DNA of 64,000 nt from an archaeon GW2011_AR15 (GTDB lineage Archaea; Nanobdellota; Nanobdellia; Woesearchaeales; GW2011-AR15), in contig CP010425.1 in NCBI GenBank assembly GCA_000830295.1, positions 640,001 to 704,000 of the forward strand. Reading direction: 5' to 3'. Each line of letters starts with the position of its first letter. Position 1 is the stretch's first letter. This document shows, one piece after another, positions 9,396 through 19,187 of this stretch. The position numbers and the translations under genes are program-made. The notes below the pieces were generated by a model. The model was given only the letters and a program-made list of their open reading frames with translations, searched no databases and was not told the DNA's origin.

Positions 9396-10622
9396 GTGAT
9401 TGTTTTGATTAAGATTCCTAGGGAGTTTATAATAGAAAAAATAAAGGAGAAGACGAAGCTTTCAGATAAGGATATACAGTCCAGGATAAAGGACAAGCTG
9501 GACAAGCTTTCCGGCCTGATAAGCGAGGATGGCGCCCTGCATATAATAGCCAATGAACTGGGGGTCAAGCTTCTTGATGAGCCCGGGGAGCTCCAGGTTA
9601 AGAGTGTCATGGCAGGCATGAGGAGCGTCGGAATTACAGCCAAGGTCATCAAGATATATGAAGTCAGGGAATTCAGTAAGGAGAACAGGAAAGGCAGGGT
9701 CGGGAATTTCTTAGTCGGTGACGAAACCGGGGTGATAAGGGTCGTTGCATGGAATGACAAGGCAGACCTGCTGAAGAAGCTGAGTGAAGGGGCTGTTGTG
9801 AAAATTGAGAATGGCTATTCAAAAGAAAATATGGGAAAGCCTGAGATACATCTCGGTGAAAAGACAAAAGTAACAATTCTTGAAAATGCAGATATTGAAG
9901 TGAAGGAAAAGGCAGTGCAGAGAAAAACAATCTCAGAGCTTAATGATAGTGACTCAAATGTTGAGGTAATGGGCACAATCGTGCAGGTTTTTGACCCCAG
10001 GTTTTTCACAGTTGACCCTCAGTCCGGAAAAAAAGTTGTTGAGAAGAACGGCGGATTCTTTTTGGGAGACAAGCAGATTGACAATCCTGATTATTCATAT
10101 GTCACAAATGTTTTCCTGGACGACGGCACAGAGAACATAAGAGTTGTATTATGGAAAAGCCAGACACAAAGGCTGCTTGGAAAAAGCCATGAGGACATTC
10201 TTGCCGGAAGGGAGAATGGGTTTGAGGAAGAAAAGAACGAGCTTCTTGGGAAGATTGTGAAATTCACAGGAAGGACAAACAAGAACGAGATGTTTGACAG
10301 GGTTGAATTCATAGCCCAGCTTGTTGATACGCAGCCCAATCCTGAAGAGGAGATTAAGAGGCTGGATGGCGAGCTTGAGAAGCAGCATGAGACAGAAGAA
10401 GTTGCTGAAAAGCCAGAAGCTGCTGAAGAAGTTGAGGAGATTACAATAGAGACAGAAGAAGCTGAAGAGAAAGATGCTGTTGAAGAAGAGATAAAAGAAG
10501 CGGAAGAGCACAAAAAGACAGCTCCCAAGCCCGGAAAAAAGGAAGAATCAAAAAAACAAGAGCCAGATGACCTCGAAGAGATAGATGATATTGATGACTT
10601 GATGGATTTGGATTCTATTTAA
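9396..10622 (+). CDS. rpa: Replication protein A (OB-fold ssDNA-binding protein) with acidic tail
   Basis: Two OB folds (GRVGNFLVGDETGVIRVVAW; FLDDGTENIRVVLW), N-terminal GLISEDGALHIIANELGV, Glu-rich C-terminus. Exact start uncertain. Confidence 0.85.
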   Translation: MIVLIKIPREFIIEKIKEKTKLSDKDIQSRIKDKLDKLSGLISEDGALHIIANELGVKLLDEPGELQVKSVMAGMRSVGITAKVIKIYEVREFSKENRKGRVGNFLVGDETGVIRVVAWNDKADLLKKLSEGAVVKIENGYSKENMGKPEIHLGEKTKVTILENADIEVKEKAVQRKTISELNDSDSNVEVMGTIVQVFDPRFFTVDPQSGKKVVEKNGGFFLGDKQIDNPDYSYVTNVFLDDGTENIRVVLWKSQTQRLLGKSHEDILAGRENGFEEEKNELLGKIVKFTGRTNKNEMFDRVEFIAQLVDTQPNPEEEIKRLDGELEKQHETEEVAEKPEAAEEVEEITIETEEAEEKDAVEEEIKEAEEHKKTAPKPGKKEESKKQEPDDLEEIDDIDDLMDLDSI

Positions 10623-10623
10623 T

Positions 10624-11043
10624 TTATTTTAATATCTGGTATTCTGTATGGTCGTCATAGCCAAGCATAAAATTAAGTATCCATGCGTCGCCCGGAAGAC
10701 TGTCAACCATAGACCAGACAACTATTTCAAGAGGACTTTGCTGGTAGAAACTCGTCATTCTCACTAAGTCGCCTGCTTCAATAGAAGGTACTTCTGACTG
10801 GTATTTTTCAAAATAATCGCTATTCTTGCTGTAATTAATATAGATATACCCTCTGTCTACCGGGAAGCCCATCTCCAGTCCTTGCTCATGCATTATCCTT
10901 GAATAATCCTCGAAATGCTCGATTTCCAGAACATTGACATCATACACCTCTTTTCTTGGTATCCAGGGAAGCAGGCTTCCAGCAACTGCTGTATAAATAC
11001 CCAGTGCTGCCATCATTCTTTTCTGCCCATTTGAAAGAGTCAT
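10624..11043 (-). CDS. Hypothetical membrane-anchored protein
   Basis: 139-aa ORF with an N-terminal hydrophobic stretch. Confidence 0.6.
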   Translation of the reverse strand: MTLSNGQKRMMAALGIYTAVAGSLLPWIPRKEVYDVNVLEIEHFEDYSRIMHEQGLEMGFPVDRGYIYINYSKNSDYFEKYQSEVPSIEAGDLVRMTSFYQQSPLEIVVWSMVDSLPGDAWILNFMLGYDDHTEYQILK

Positions 11044-11078
11044 GAGTACAGAGAAATATTAGTTATATTTAAAGATAA

Positions 11079-11507
11079 ATGAAGAGGGAGAAAGCAGATA
11101 GCTTTTTATTTAACATGTCATTCTGGCCTCTGATGAAAGATTTATACGATATAATAACAGACCCAGAGCACAGCATGGTTTTTGAACTGGATGGCAATTA
11201 TGTAAGAGCCTATAAACTCACCGAAAACAAGATAGAGAAAGCATGGCATATTGAGGCAAAAGAGGCATACGCAATCCTGCTAGGCAGGGACAGCCTGTAT
11301 ATAGGTTCATGGGGAGGGATATCAAGAATATCAGCGGAGGACGGCAGCCTGCTTGCAAAAACAGAAAAGAATATCTACGTAAGGCCCGGCCAAATCATGA
11401 ATCTGATAGGGGATAAACTGGTTGTGATGAACAGCATGGGCGGCCAGGCGCTTTATGATGCAGACACACTAAAAGAAGTATATGTCAAAACAGACAGCTA
11501 TCGTTAG
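11079..11507 (+). CDS. Hypothetical protein, partial beta-propeller-like repeats
   Basis: PQQ-like blade signatures LYIGSWGGISRISAEDG and ALYDADTLKEV. Confidence 0.55.
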   Translation: MKREKADSFLFNMSFWPLMKDLYDIITDPEHSMVFELDGNYVRAYKLTENKIEKAWHIEAKEAYAILLGRDSLYIGSWGGISRISAEDGSLLAKTEKNIYVRPGQIMNLIGDKLVVMNSMGGQALYDADTLKEVYVKTDSYR

Positions 11508-11520
11508 CTATCTTCACTGG

Positions 11521-12012
11521 CTATCCAACATACTCTATCTCAAAAGAATTCTTCTTAGGATCCGGCCTGTACATTTCAAAAATATCAGTAACTGCGTGTT
11601 CTATGCCTGAAAGCTGCCCTACAGGAAACTCTTCATCTTTTTTCAGCCTTTTCATGTAGAAGCTTCCTGTGTGTTTCTGCTCTTTTCCCGATTGCCATTT
11701 TCCTGAAATATTAAGCAGCCATTCATTTCCTTCATAGACTGCTTCATATGAAATGGATCTCGTTACAATACTGTCTTTCCCTTTTTCTTGACAATACATG
11801 CGCGCATTAGAATTGCCAAACTCCACGCCGGCTTCCTTTAAGAAATCTACTAATGCACTCTCAAACTTGCTTATTGGCGGCTTGTTAAATTTTGACTGGC
11901 CGCGAACTCTCGGCGTCCTGAATCCCGGATACATAGATCCCTGTATAATCTTATCCACTTCAGAATTGTTCAGCTCTCCCCTGATTTGCAGAGACTGGTA
12001 GCCTTTGGTCAT
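11521..12012 (-). CDS. Hypothetical protein
   Basis: 163-aa ORF with TATA-like sequence upstream; no motif recognised. Confidence 0.6.
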   Translation of the reverse strand: MTKGYQSLQIRGELNNSEVDKIIQGSMYPGFRTPRVRGQSKFNKPPISKFESALVDFLKEAGVEFGNSNARMYCQEKGKDSIVTRSISYEAVYEGNEWLLNISGKWQSGKEQKHTGSFYMKRLKKDEEFPVGQLSGIEHAVTDIFEMYRPDPKKNSFEIEYVG

Positions 12013-12167
12013 GTAAGGGAGTACTGGAAAGTTATATTTAAAGCTATTCTACGACCTGAAGATGCAGAAAAACAGATTGAGGACAATATCAAAGAATAAT
12101 ATTATTACTTATAAGTAGTTACAAATTGGAAAGGTTTAAATAATAGCAATTTTTACTACTTTTTGCT

Positions 12168-12314
12168 ATGAAAATCAAAGTATCTGTCTCTATGGAGGAA
12201 TCCACCCTGAAAAAAGTAGAGGAGAAGCTTAAGAAAAGCATTTTCAGGAATAAGAGCCATTTTATAGAGTATGCCACAGAGAAGCTGCTGGAGGAGGCTG
12301 CAAATGAGCAGTAG
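12168..12314 (+). CDS. Ribbon-helix-helix (CopG/Arc/MetJ) DNA-binding protein, 48 aa, absent from the ORF track
   Basis: MKIKVSVSMEESTLKKVEEKLKKSIFRNKSHFIEYATEKLLEEAANEQ: alternating beta-strand, helix, then FRNKSHFIEYA second helix; TTTAAATA TATA box upstream. Confidence 0.8.
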   Translation: MKIKVSVSMEESTLKKVEEKLKKSIFRNKSHFIEYATEKLLEEAANEQ

Positions 12315-13905
12315 AAATTACACTATAGAGACTTCCCTCACGCTCGACTACAGGAAATCGGCATGGGGCATAGAAAGGATAGTTCTAGACAGCATCTCAA
12401 ATCATCTGCCTGGAGACAGCAAAGGCACAATAACTTCTGTCAGGCTGAAGCAGGAAGGAGAATATGTTGAACTGAAGCAGGCGGACAAATCAAAGCCTGT
12501 TGAGGAGATTGTTTTTGAAGACAACGGCTCCGGATATGATGCAGGCCTGCTTTCAGTTTTGTTCTCACCAAAGGTAAATTATAGTTTTGCTGTCGGGCAG
12601 TTCGGTGAAGGCCTGAAAATGATTGCCGCAGCAACTATGAGAGAAAAAGTAGCTGTAGAATACAGGTCAAGGAACTGGATAGCAAGGCCATTTACAAAAA
12701 AAGAGAAAATTGACGGATATGATATTGAAAGGCTCTGCTTTGACGTTACAGAAAACGGCGATATGCTTGAAGGCTCAAGGACAGTTTTCCAGAATCCTTC
12801 TGAACAGCTTGTCGCTGAAATATTCAAGCTTCCTGAGAATGTGCTTGCTTTCAATGAATCATATGACGTTTTATCCCTTAAAGATGCTTTCGGAGATTCA
12901 AGATCAAATATAATTGATTTGAAAAAAGGAGCGACATCACTCTTTGTAAGGGGAGTCAGAATTTAGGGGATGCAGTCAATATTCAGCTATGACCTGCACT
13001 CAAATATAGTCTCGCCTGACAGAAGATATGTCGAGAGAGAAAAATACCTGCCAATAATAAAAAACCTCCTTGAAAATCATGCTAATACTAAAGCCATCGA
13101 AAGAGCCCTGCGCGAGGCGCATGAGCATCCGCACAGCGGATATGCGGAGTTTGAGGCATTCAGGCCAGAAGAAAAGAAGAAGGAAAAAATGGAGCTTTTT
13201 ATCAAATTAAACTCCGAGAAAAATTATAAAGAATTAGACTTTCATATCTATAAAGACATAATACTGAGTTACCTAAACAAGTCGCCGGAGAGCAGGTGGG
13301 TTCAGGCTTTCAAAAGGATATTCGGGGAAGACGCAGTCATAGCATCCAAGGACCGGAATATAAACACAGATGCAGAGCTTATGGGACACAGGCCGGTTGA
13401 ATTAAATCAGGATATAGCGGACTATCTTGTCAGCAAGGGACTTCTCAGCGCAGATAATATTAAGAGCACAATGGAATACAGATGGATACCGGATGAAGAG
13501 CTTACTGAATACGAAAGGCAGGTAGTTGCTCTTGTCCCGCATATAGTTCAAGAGCTTACAGGAGGAAAAAAAGAAGTAGAAACAAGAGTTTACGCAGGAT
13601 TATTCAACCAGGCAGGAAGAGAGATAGGCGGCTCAGAAGGTGTCCAGACATTCGATCTTCTTAACGGCAAAAAATTTATAGGTGTAAAAAGGAGCATACT
13701 TTCAGAACCGTATGAATTTGTCAAAACAAGCATCCATGAATTTGGCCATTATGAGACAGGGACCAGGGACTACAGCAGGGAATTCACTGATTTCTTTGTC
13801 AAGATACTGGGAGGAAAAGTTTTTACCAGCCTGCAATCTTCAAACCTTATACCTGTGCAGCAAAGTGCGCAGGAAGGTATGATAAGAGACTGCAATCATA
13901 GTTAA
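12304..13905 (+). pseudogene. GHKL-type ATPase plus C-terminal HExxH zincin domain, split by one in-frame TAG (12964-12966)
   Basis: ORFs 12304-12966 and 12970-13905 share a frame (…VRGVRI-TAG-G-MQSIFSYDL…). GHKL motifs FEDNGSG and GQFGEGLK; zincin motif IHEFGH. Pseudogene versus split gene versus sequencing error is unresolved. Confidence 0.6.
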
Positions 13906-13913
13906 AGAACCTG

Positions 13914-14324
13914 TTAATGCAGCCTGTCAGAAAGCTCCATTACTCTTTTCTGCCAGCCATTCATACGGTTCATCACCACTATTTCATAATGCTTAGGTTC
14001 ATCATAAACAAGCTGCCTTGGAAAGTCAGAGCTCGGCTTCACTATTGCCCGCCCGTAGAACAGAAGGCTGCCTTTATAGCGCACTTCAACATATTTTTCA
14101 ACAGAAGAGCTGTGCTCATGATCAATGGGGTTGTTTGATATGCTTACCAGCTCTATATCTCTGAAAAGATAAGTGCCGTCTGAATATTCTTTCCCAAACT
14201 CGTTATCAGAAAACTCTGTATCGCCGACATGACTTGAGCTCAGCTTCTGGACATGCGTGCCATGCTTCTCTGCAATCAGCCTTACTCTGTTGGCCAGATC
14301 CTGGTCCGGATCCAAAATATTCAT
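13914..14324 (-). CDS. Hypothetical protein
   Basis: 136-aa ORF; TTTAAATA on the minus strand ~25 nt upstream. Confidence 0.6.
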   Translation of the reverse strand: MNILDPDQDLANRVRLIAEKHGTHVQKLSSSHVGDTEFSDNEFGKEYSDGTYLFRDIELVSISNNPIDHEHSSSVEKYVEVRYKGSLLFYGRAIVKPSSDFPRQLVYDEPKHYEIVVMNRMNGWQKRVMELSDRLH

Positions 14325-14387
14325 ATATTTATACAGAAGAAATTAGTATTTAAATTTTTTCATCTCTCAAAAATTATCCTTAACCCG

Positions 14388-14747
14388 CTATTTCCTATAT
14401 GGTCTTTCTTTTTCTAAATCCTTAATAAATTCCAGCGTAGACTCATACTTCAGCAGGGGAGTGTCAGGCGAGCCGTTGAGTGACATGAAGGCAGATTCTA
14501 CAGGAGTATATCCATTCTCTACAAACATTTTATACCTGATAACAGCATCAGGATGAAACCCGCTGACAGACATGATTGCGGCAGGCAGTTTTGGCACACC
14601 CAGCTGTACCGTCATTCTGTAAGCTGACAGAGAAGCATCGGGACTGGTGCTCCCTGAGAGAATGGCTGCTATTAGTTCAAGTGATTCATCCATATAAGGC
14701 CGGAGATGAAAGATATATTTAAAGTTATATACTGCCTCACTGGACAC
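14388..14747 (-). CDS. Hypothetical protein
   Basis: 119-aa ORF; the true start may be the internal Met (MDESLE). Confidence 0.5.
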   Translation of the reverse strand: MSSEAVYNFKYIFHLRPYMDESLELIAAILSGSTSPDASLSAYRMTVQLGVPKLPAAIMSVSGFHPDAVIRYKMFVENGYTPVESAFMSLNGSPDTPLLKYESTLEFIKDLEKERPYRK

Positions 14748-14808
14748 TAAACTGCACTGGACATCCTATTGTGAGCTATATAAATCATCTATTCCTTCTT
14801 ACTGTTTA

Positions 14809-14895
14809 GCCTGTGCAAAACAGGCCCTCCCATCCCTGGAGCACGGCAAGCCGGAGCTCATAATGAAGGGGATGATGAAATAAGATCCGAAAGGA
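14809..14895 (+). ncRNA. Candidate structured 5' leader RNA
   Basis: Hairpins GCCTGT-gcaaa-ACAGGC, CATCCC...GGGATG enclosing CGGC-aa-GCCG, and TCC-gaaa-GGA, lying between TATATAAA (14777) and SD AGGAGG (14898). Confidence 0.4.
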
Positions 14896-14910
14896 AAAGG
14901 AGGCAAAAAA

Positions 14911-15186
14911 ATGAATGCAAAAAATAAATTCGGTGGGAACCTGCCGGAAAAAAAATTCAGAATAGGTTCAATATCAGCGACTGTCTGGAAAAACCAGTCA
15001 GAGAAGGATGGAAAAATCCTCGAATACAGAACTGTTTCTTTTGAGAGAAACTACCAGGACAACAAGGGGGAATGGAATACAACCAACTCCTTAAGAGTTA
15101 ATGACCTGCCTAAGGCAGCACTGGTTCTTCAGAAAGCCTACGAATACATTTCATTCAGGAACTCTGAAGATGAAGCAACAGCTTAA
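14911..15186 (+). CDS. Small conserved-looking protein, possibly PC4/Whirly-like ssDNA binder
   Basis: Strong SD; beta-rich pattern [23 protein letters not shown] followed by a helix; upstream of radA. Confidence 0.7.
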   Translation: MNAKNKFGGNLPEKKFRIGSISATVWKNQSEKDGKILEYRTVSFERNYQDNKGEWNTTNSLRVNDLPKAALVLQKAYEYISFRNSEDEATA

Positions 15187-15248
15187 GCCCATTTATTTTT
15201 TGGGCTTCCGGAAAAAATTCCAAAAACAATTTAAAACAGGTGATATTC

Positions 15249-16235
15249 ATGAGTAAACAGGAGCTAGTGCTTGAAACAAAAATGAAAGAAAAAGAAATTG
15301 ATGAACAACCGACAGTCATGGACCTGCCGGGGGTTGGCCCTGCAACAGCAGAGAAGCTTTCCTCAGCAGGCTATGAGACAATGATGGCGATAGCAGTTGC
15401 ATCTCCAGGAGAGCTTGTTGAGGCAGCAGGAATGACTGAAGCCGCAGCAAGAAAAGTTATCCAGGCTGCAAGAAGCGTAATGGAGATGGGCTTTGAATCA
15501 GGGACAGACATACTGATAAAAAGGCAGAATGTCCTCAAGATTCCTACAGGCTCAGAGAACCTTAACCAGCTTTTGGGAGGAGGCTTTGAGACAGGAGCAA
15601 TTGTTGAGTGCTTTGGGGAATTCGGCTCAGGGAAGACGCAGATTGCGCATATGCTTGCTGTGCAGTGCCAGAAGCAGGATGAGACAGCAATGGCGGTATT
15701 CATAGATACTGAGAACACATTCAGGCCTGAGAGGATAATTGAACTTGCAAAAGGAGCAGGACTTGATCCTGACAAGGTGCTTGGCAACATCAAGGTTGCA
15801 AGGGCTTTTAATTCAGACCACCAGATGCTGCTTGCTGAGAAAGTCTCAGACCTAATTACAAAACAGAAGCTCAATGTTAAGGTTGTAATTGTCGATTCCC
15901 TGACTGCCCACTTCAGGGCTGAATTCATAGGAAGGGGAACACTGGCAGAGAGGCAGCAGAAACTCAACAAGCATATGCATGAGCTTCTCAGACTGGCTGA
16001 TTCCCATAACCTGCTTGTATATGTTACAAACCAGGTAATGGCACGCCCGGATGTTTTCTTCGGCGATCCGACAGCTGCAATAGGCGGCCACGTTGTCGCA
16101 CACGCATCAACATTCAGGATTTACCTGAGAAAAGGCAAAAAGGGAAGCAGGGTCGCAAAGCTTGTTGACAGCCCAAACCTTCCGGATGGCGAAGTAGCAT
16201 TCGTCGTTGAAACATCAGGCCTTAAGGACATATAA
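15249..16235 (+). CDS. radA: DNA repair and recombination protein RadA
   Basis: N-terminal HhH ([13 protein letters not shown]), Walker [21 protein letters not shown], Walker B VIVDS, TNQV; SD GGTGAT before ATG 15249. Confidence 0.97.
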   Translation: MSKQELVLETKMKEKEIDEQPTVMDLPGVGPATAEKLSSAGYETMMAIAVASPGELVEAAGMTEAAARKVIQAARSVMEMGFESGTDILIKRQNVLKIPTGSENLNQLLGGGFETGAIVECFGEFGSGKTQIAHMLAVQCQKQDETAMAVFIDTENTFRPERIIELAKGAGLDPDKVLGNIKVARAFNSDHQMLLAEKVSDLITKQKLNVKVVIVDSLTAHFRAEFIGRGTLAERQQKLNKHMHELLRLADSHNLLVYVTNQVMARPDVFFGDPTAAIGGHVVAHASTFRIYLRKGKKGSRVAKLVDSPNLPDGEVAFVVETSGLKDI

Positions 16236-16326
16236 TTTCTTTATTTTTTCCTCTTTTCTACACATAAATTTATAAAGCATCAGGATTTCATACCCTTAAA
16301 TAAAAATAGGTAAGGTGTTATAAAAA

Positions 16327-16662
16327 ATGTACGGAAATAATACAGCGCCAGTTAAAGAAGGCGAGGAACTAGACGTTAAGATAGAAGCAATCGGTGACAA
16401 AGGAGACGGAATAGCAAAGAAGGAAGGTTTTGTCCTTGTTGTTCCCGGAACACAGCTTAATGACCAGGTTAGGGTCAAGATTACAAAAGTCCTAAGGAAA
16501 GTGGGCTTTGCAGAAGTTGTGGGAAAATCATCAGGCAAAGAAGATGCTGAAGAAGCAGCAGAAGCTCCGGAAGAGCCAGCTGAAGAAGCAGCAGAAGCGC
16601 CAGAAGAGACTCCTGAAGACAGCGAAGACTTCGGCGAAGAAACAGAAGAAAGCGAAGAATAG
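16327..16662 (+). CDS. Single TRAM-domain RNA-binding protein with acidic tail
   Basis: APVKEGEELDVKIEAIGDKGDGIAKKEGFVLVVPG...FAEVV. Confidence 0.9.
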   Translation: MYGNNTAPVKEGEELDVKIEAIGDKGDGIAKKEGFVLVVPGTQLNDQVRVKITKVLRKVGFAEVVGKSSGKEDAEEAAEAPEEPAEEAAEAPEETPEDSEDFGEETEESEE

Positions 16663-16707
16663 ATTTCTTCCAAACTTTTATTATATTAACTATTTTCTTT
16701 ATTCTAT

Positions 16708-17229
16708 ATGAGGCTGTTCATAGCAGTTGATGTTCCTGAAGATATCTGCAGCTATCTTCTTAAAATACAATCAGGGCTTGATCCGGCTGTCAAGAAAACC
16801 GGCTCTTTCCACATGACACTAAAATTCCTTGGAGATGCTGGAGAGCAGACAAAAGATAGGGTAACTGAAAGCCTGGAAAAAATAAAAGCAGAACAATTCG
16901 AGCTTGAGCTTTCTGAGCTCGGGGCATTCCCCGGCAGGGATTATATCAGGGTAATATGGATCGGCACAAAAGAAAATCCCATATTGATGAAACTACAGAA
17001 AGATATTGAAAATGCCCTTGAGAGCTTCGGCTTCAAAAAAGAGCTTGATTTTCATCCCCACCTGACTCTTGCCAGGGTCCAGACAAAGATGGATTTCCCA
17101 GATATCAAAATTGAAAACAAGAAATTCAAAGTTGACAGGTTTATTCTCTACCAGAGCATATTAAAGCCGGGCGGCCCGGAATACATTAAACTAAAGGAGA
17201 TCAGATTATGGCCAGCAGCTCATAAGTAA
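16708..17229 (+). CDS. thpR: RNA 2',3'-cyclic phosphodiesterase (2H family)
   Basis: MRLFIAV and two HxT motifs (HMTLKFLG, HLTLAR). Confidence 0.92.
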   Translation: MRLFIAVDVPEDICSYLLKIQSGLDPAVKKTGSFHMTLKFLGDAGEQTKDRVTESLEKIKAEQFELELSELGAFPGRDYIRVIWIGTKENPILMKLQKDIENALESFGFKKELDFHPHLTLARVQTKMDFPDIKIENKKFKVDRFILYQSILKPGGPEYIKLKEIRLWPAAHK

Positions 17230-17848
17230 GCTTTTCAGATGCTTTCAGCATCTCAACAGGATCTGTGCCTTCTACTATCACGCAATTTTGCTCATTATAG
17301 ACTCTTGTTGAATTGCCGAGCTTTAGGTATACGATACCGGTCGTCGCAGTATTGTTTGCGCATGTCACTATTGCGGACTGTGACCTGTTATCAGGCCTTA
17401 TTGTAGCAGAGCTGGTATTTATGCCATATATCTGGCCGAGCACTTTTGCAACCTCGACTCCCGAAAGGACAACGCTTGCAGGATAATCAGGGTCTGTAGT
17501 GATATATATCTTCCTGAGAGGAAGTATAAGGTTCCTTGAAGCTGCCCTGTTCCCGCCGCTCGTCATTGACTCAACAGTTTCGACTTCATAGGGATTATAA
17601 TGAAAGAACATCTCATAATTTTTTGTCCAGTTTTCTGCTGAATTTCCGATTACGAAATTTGTCTTCCAGGTATTCCCGGCTTTTTCAAATACAAACCCCC
17701 TATATACAATAGTAGTGGGAGCTTCAGTCCTGTCCCTTGTAGCTGCCCAATACAGCAGAGCGGCAAAAAGAAGCACAATTATGCCGATGCTTATTATCAG
17801 CATCCTGTCATTGTGCTTTTGTTTTTTTTCTTTGGTCAAATCATTCAC
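17201..17848 (-). CDS. Membrane-anchored hypothetical protein, paralogue of the adjacent gene
   Basis: N-terminal TM; C-terminal VTCANNT...NCVIVEG resembles neighbour's VTCANAT...YCINAD. Confidence 0.75.
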   Translation of the reverse strand: MNDLTKEKKQKHNDRMLIISIGIIVLLFAALLYWAATRDRTEAPTTIVYRGFVFEKAGNTWKTNFVIGNSAENWTKNYEMFFHYNPYEVETVESMTSGGNRAASRNLILPLRKIYITTDPDYPASVVLSGVEVAKVLGQIYGINTSSATIRPDNRSQSAIVTCANNTATTGIVYLKLGNSTRVYNEQNCVIVEGTDPVEMLKASEKLTYELLAII

Positions 17849-18459
17849 CCGATTTCAACGCCGTTAAGTATGTACACAAGGGCGTCTCTTACTCCAAGGG
17901 CGGCGCTTGTGCTGAAATCGGCATTTATACAATAATCATTGTCCATTCTTATGCTTGTGACATTGCTTATCCCAAAAATTATTACAGGAGTTTCTGCTGT
18001 GGCATTGGCGCAGGTTACCACAGGCAGCTGGTACAATGAAGTTTCTTTCGTGACAGCACCCATTGATACCTTTCCGTCCGGCAGGTTGTAATCTATGTCG
18101 TATCTCAGATAATCTATAACATTAAGGCTGGGCTGCTCAGGGTCAAAGCTTATGTAAAATGCTGCTGAATCCCTCAGCAGGCTCTTTGTATCCTCGCTGA
18201 CATCAAGAAGGATCTGGGAAGGCGGATAATATGATATAAACTCGTCTCTCCCTGAGCTGACTTTGTAATACTGGTTGCCTGAGTTGTCAGTTTCAAGCTT
18301 AAACCTGAAATTCTTTCCTGAAGATGAGATGGTGAAGCTGTCCGAGCCCGAGCCGCCATAGTATACCACGACACCGCCTATAGTTGACAGCACGAAAATA
18401 ATAAGTATGAACCACACAAGTATCTTCTTGTTTTTCTCTGCCCTGTCTTTCTTCTTCAT
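17845..18459 (-). CDS. Membrane-anchored hypothetical protein
   Basis: Basic N-terminus plus TM; 4-nt overlap with the paralogue. Confidence 0.75.
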   Translation of the reverse strand: MKKKDRAEKNKKILVWFILIIFVLSTIGGVVVYYGGSGSDSFTISSSGKNFRFKLETDNSGNQYYKVSSGRDEFISYYPPSQILLDVSEDTKSLLRDSAAFYISFDPEQPSLNVIDYLRYDIDYNLPDGKVSMGAVTKETSLYQLPVVTCANATAETPVIIFGISNVTSIRMDNDYCINADFSTSAALGVRDALVYILNGVEIG

Positions 18460-18544
18460 TATGCTTGAAAATCCAGCCGGCTATAAAAAGGTTTTGCAGC
18501 TATCATGGAATAATTTTATATATAAACTCCTATAGCCTCTGGTT

Positions 18545-19168
18545 ATGGGCGGCAAAGATATTGTAGCGCTTGCTGAGGAATACTGTAGGTTCTATCATGA
18601 AGGGCAGAGAAGAAAAGGCGGGAACCAGGCGCCGTACGCAGTCCATCCTTTTGAAGTAAGAGACCTTCTTGTCAGGTATGGCTACGACGACCCTGAGACG
18701 CAGGCTATAGCGCTCCTGCATGACACTGTTGAGGATACCAGGCTGAAAAAAAATAAAAAAGAGATTGAGAAGGTATTCGGCACTTTAGTATATAACGGAG
18801 TGTATGTCCTGTCATATAACACTCTTGGGAAATACTCTGAAGAGGTAGCATCTTTGTTTGAGCTTGAAGGTGTGCATCTGATAGATCCAAAAAGAGAAGA
18901 CAGGATAACCGAGCAGGCATACAGGCTCAGGCTCCTGTTCAACAGGGATAGCTATAAGAGAATAAAGGTCGCAGATGTAGCCCGCAACACTATCTCGCTT
19001 CCCGACTTAAGCAAATCAGCCATTGAAAGAAAAATCGAGGATGCAGAAACATTCTACATACCGCTTGGAAAAGCAGTTGCCCCTCTTATGGTGAATGAGC
19101 TTATAGCAAATATAGAAAACTACAGGCGGTCAGCGCATTACAACCAGCTTTTCTTGGGTAATTCTTAA
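18545..19168 (+). CDS. HD-domain hydrolase (RelA/SpoT hydrolase / MESH1-like)
   Basis: HEGQRRKG..PYAVHP, ALLHDTVEDT, IKVAD. Confidence 0.85.
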   Translation: MGGKDIVALAEEYCRFYHEGQRRKGGNQAPYAVHPFEVRDLLVRYGYDDPETQAIALLHDTVEDTRLKKNKKEIEKVFGTLVYNGVYVLSYNTLGKYSEEVASLFELEGVHLIDPKREDRITEQAYRLRLLFNRDSYKRIKVADVARNTISLPDLSKSAIERKIEDAETFYIPLGKAVAPLMVNELIANIENYRRSAHYNQLFLGNS

Positions 19169-19187
19169 ATATCGGAAGTGATTTTCC

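Noticed and set aside
12964-12966. Genome-wide amber recoding
   Set aside because: TAG serves as a normal stop for several clear genes here (dut, polB, the TRAM gene), so this is a local event.
14731-14763. Short repeat cactggaca twice
   Set aside because: Only 9 bp with no associated structure; compatible with chance.
14809-14895. SRP RNA or RNase P RNA identity for the structured leader
   Set aside because: Lacks the SRP helix-8 motif and the RNase P GAGGAAAGUCC motif, and is too short.
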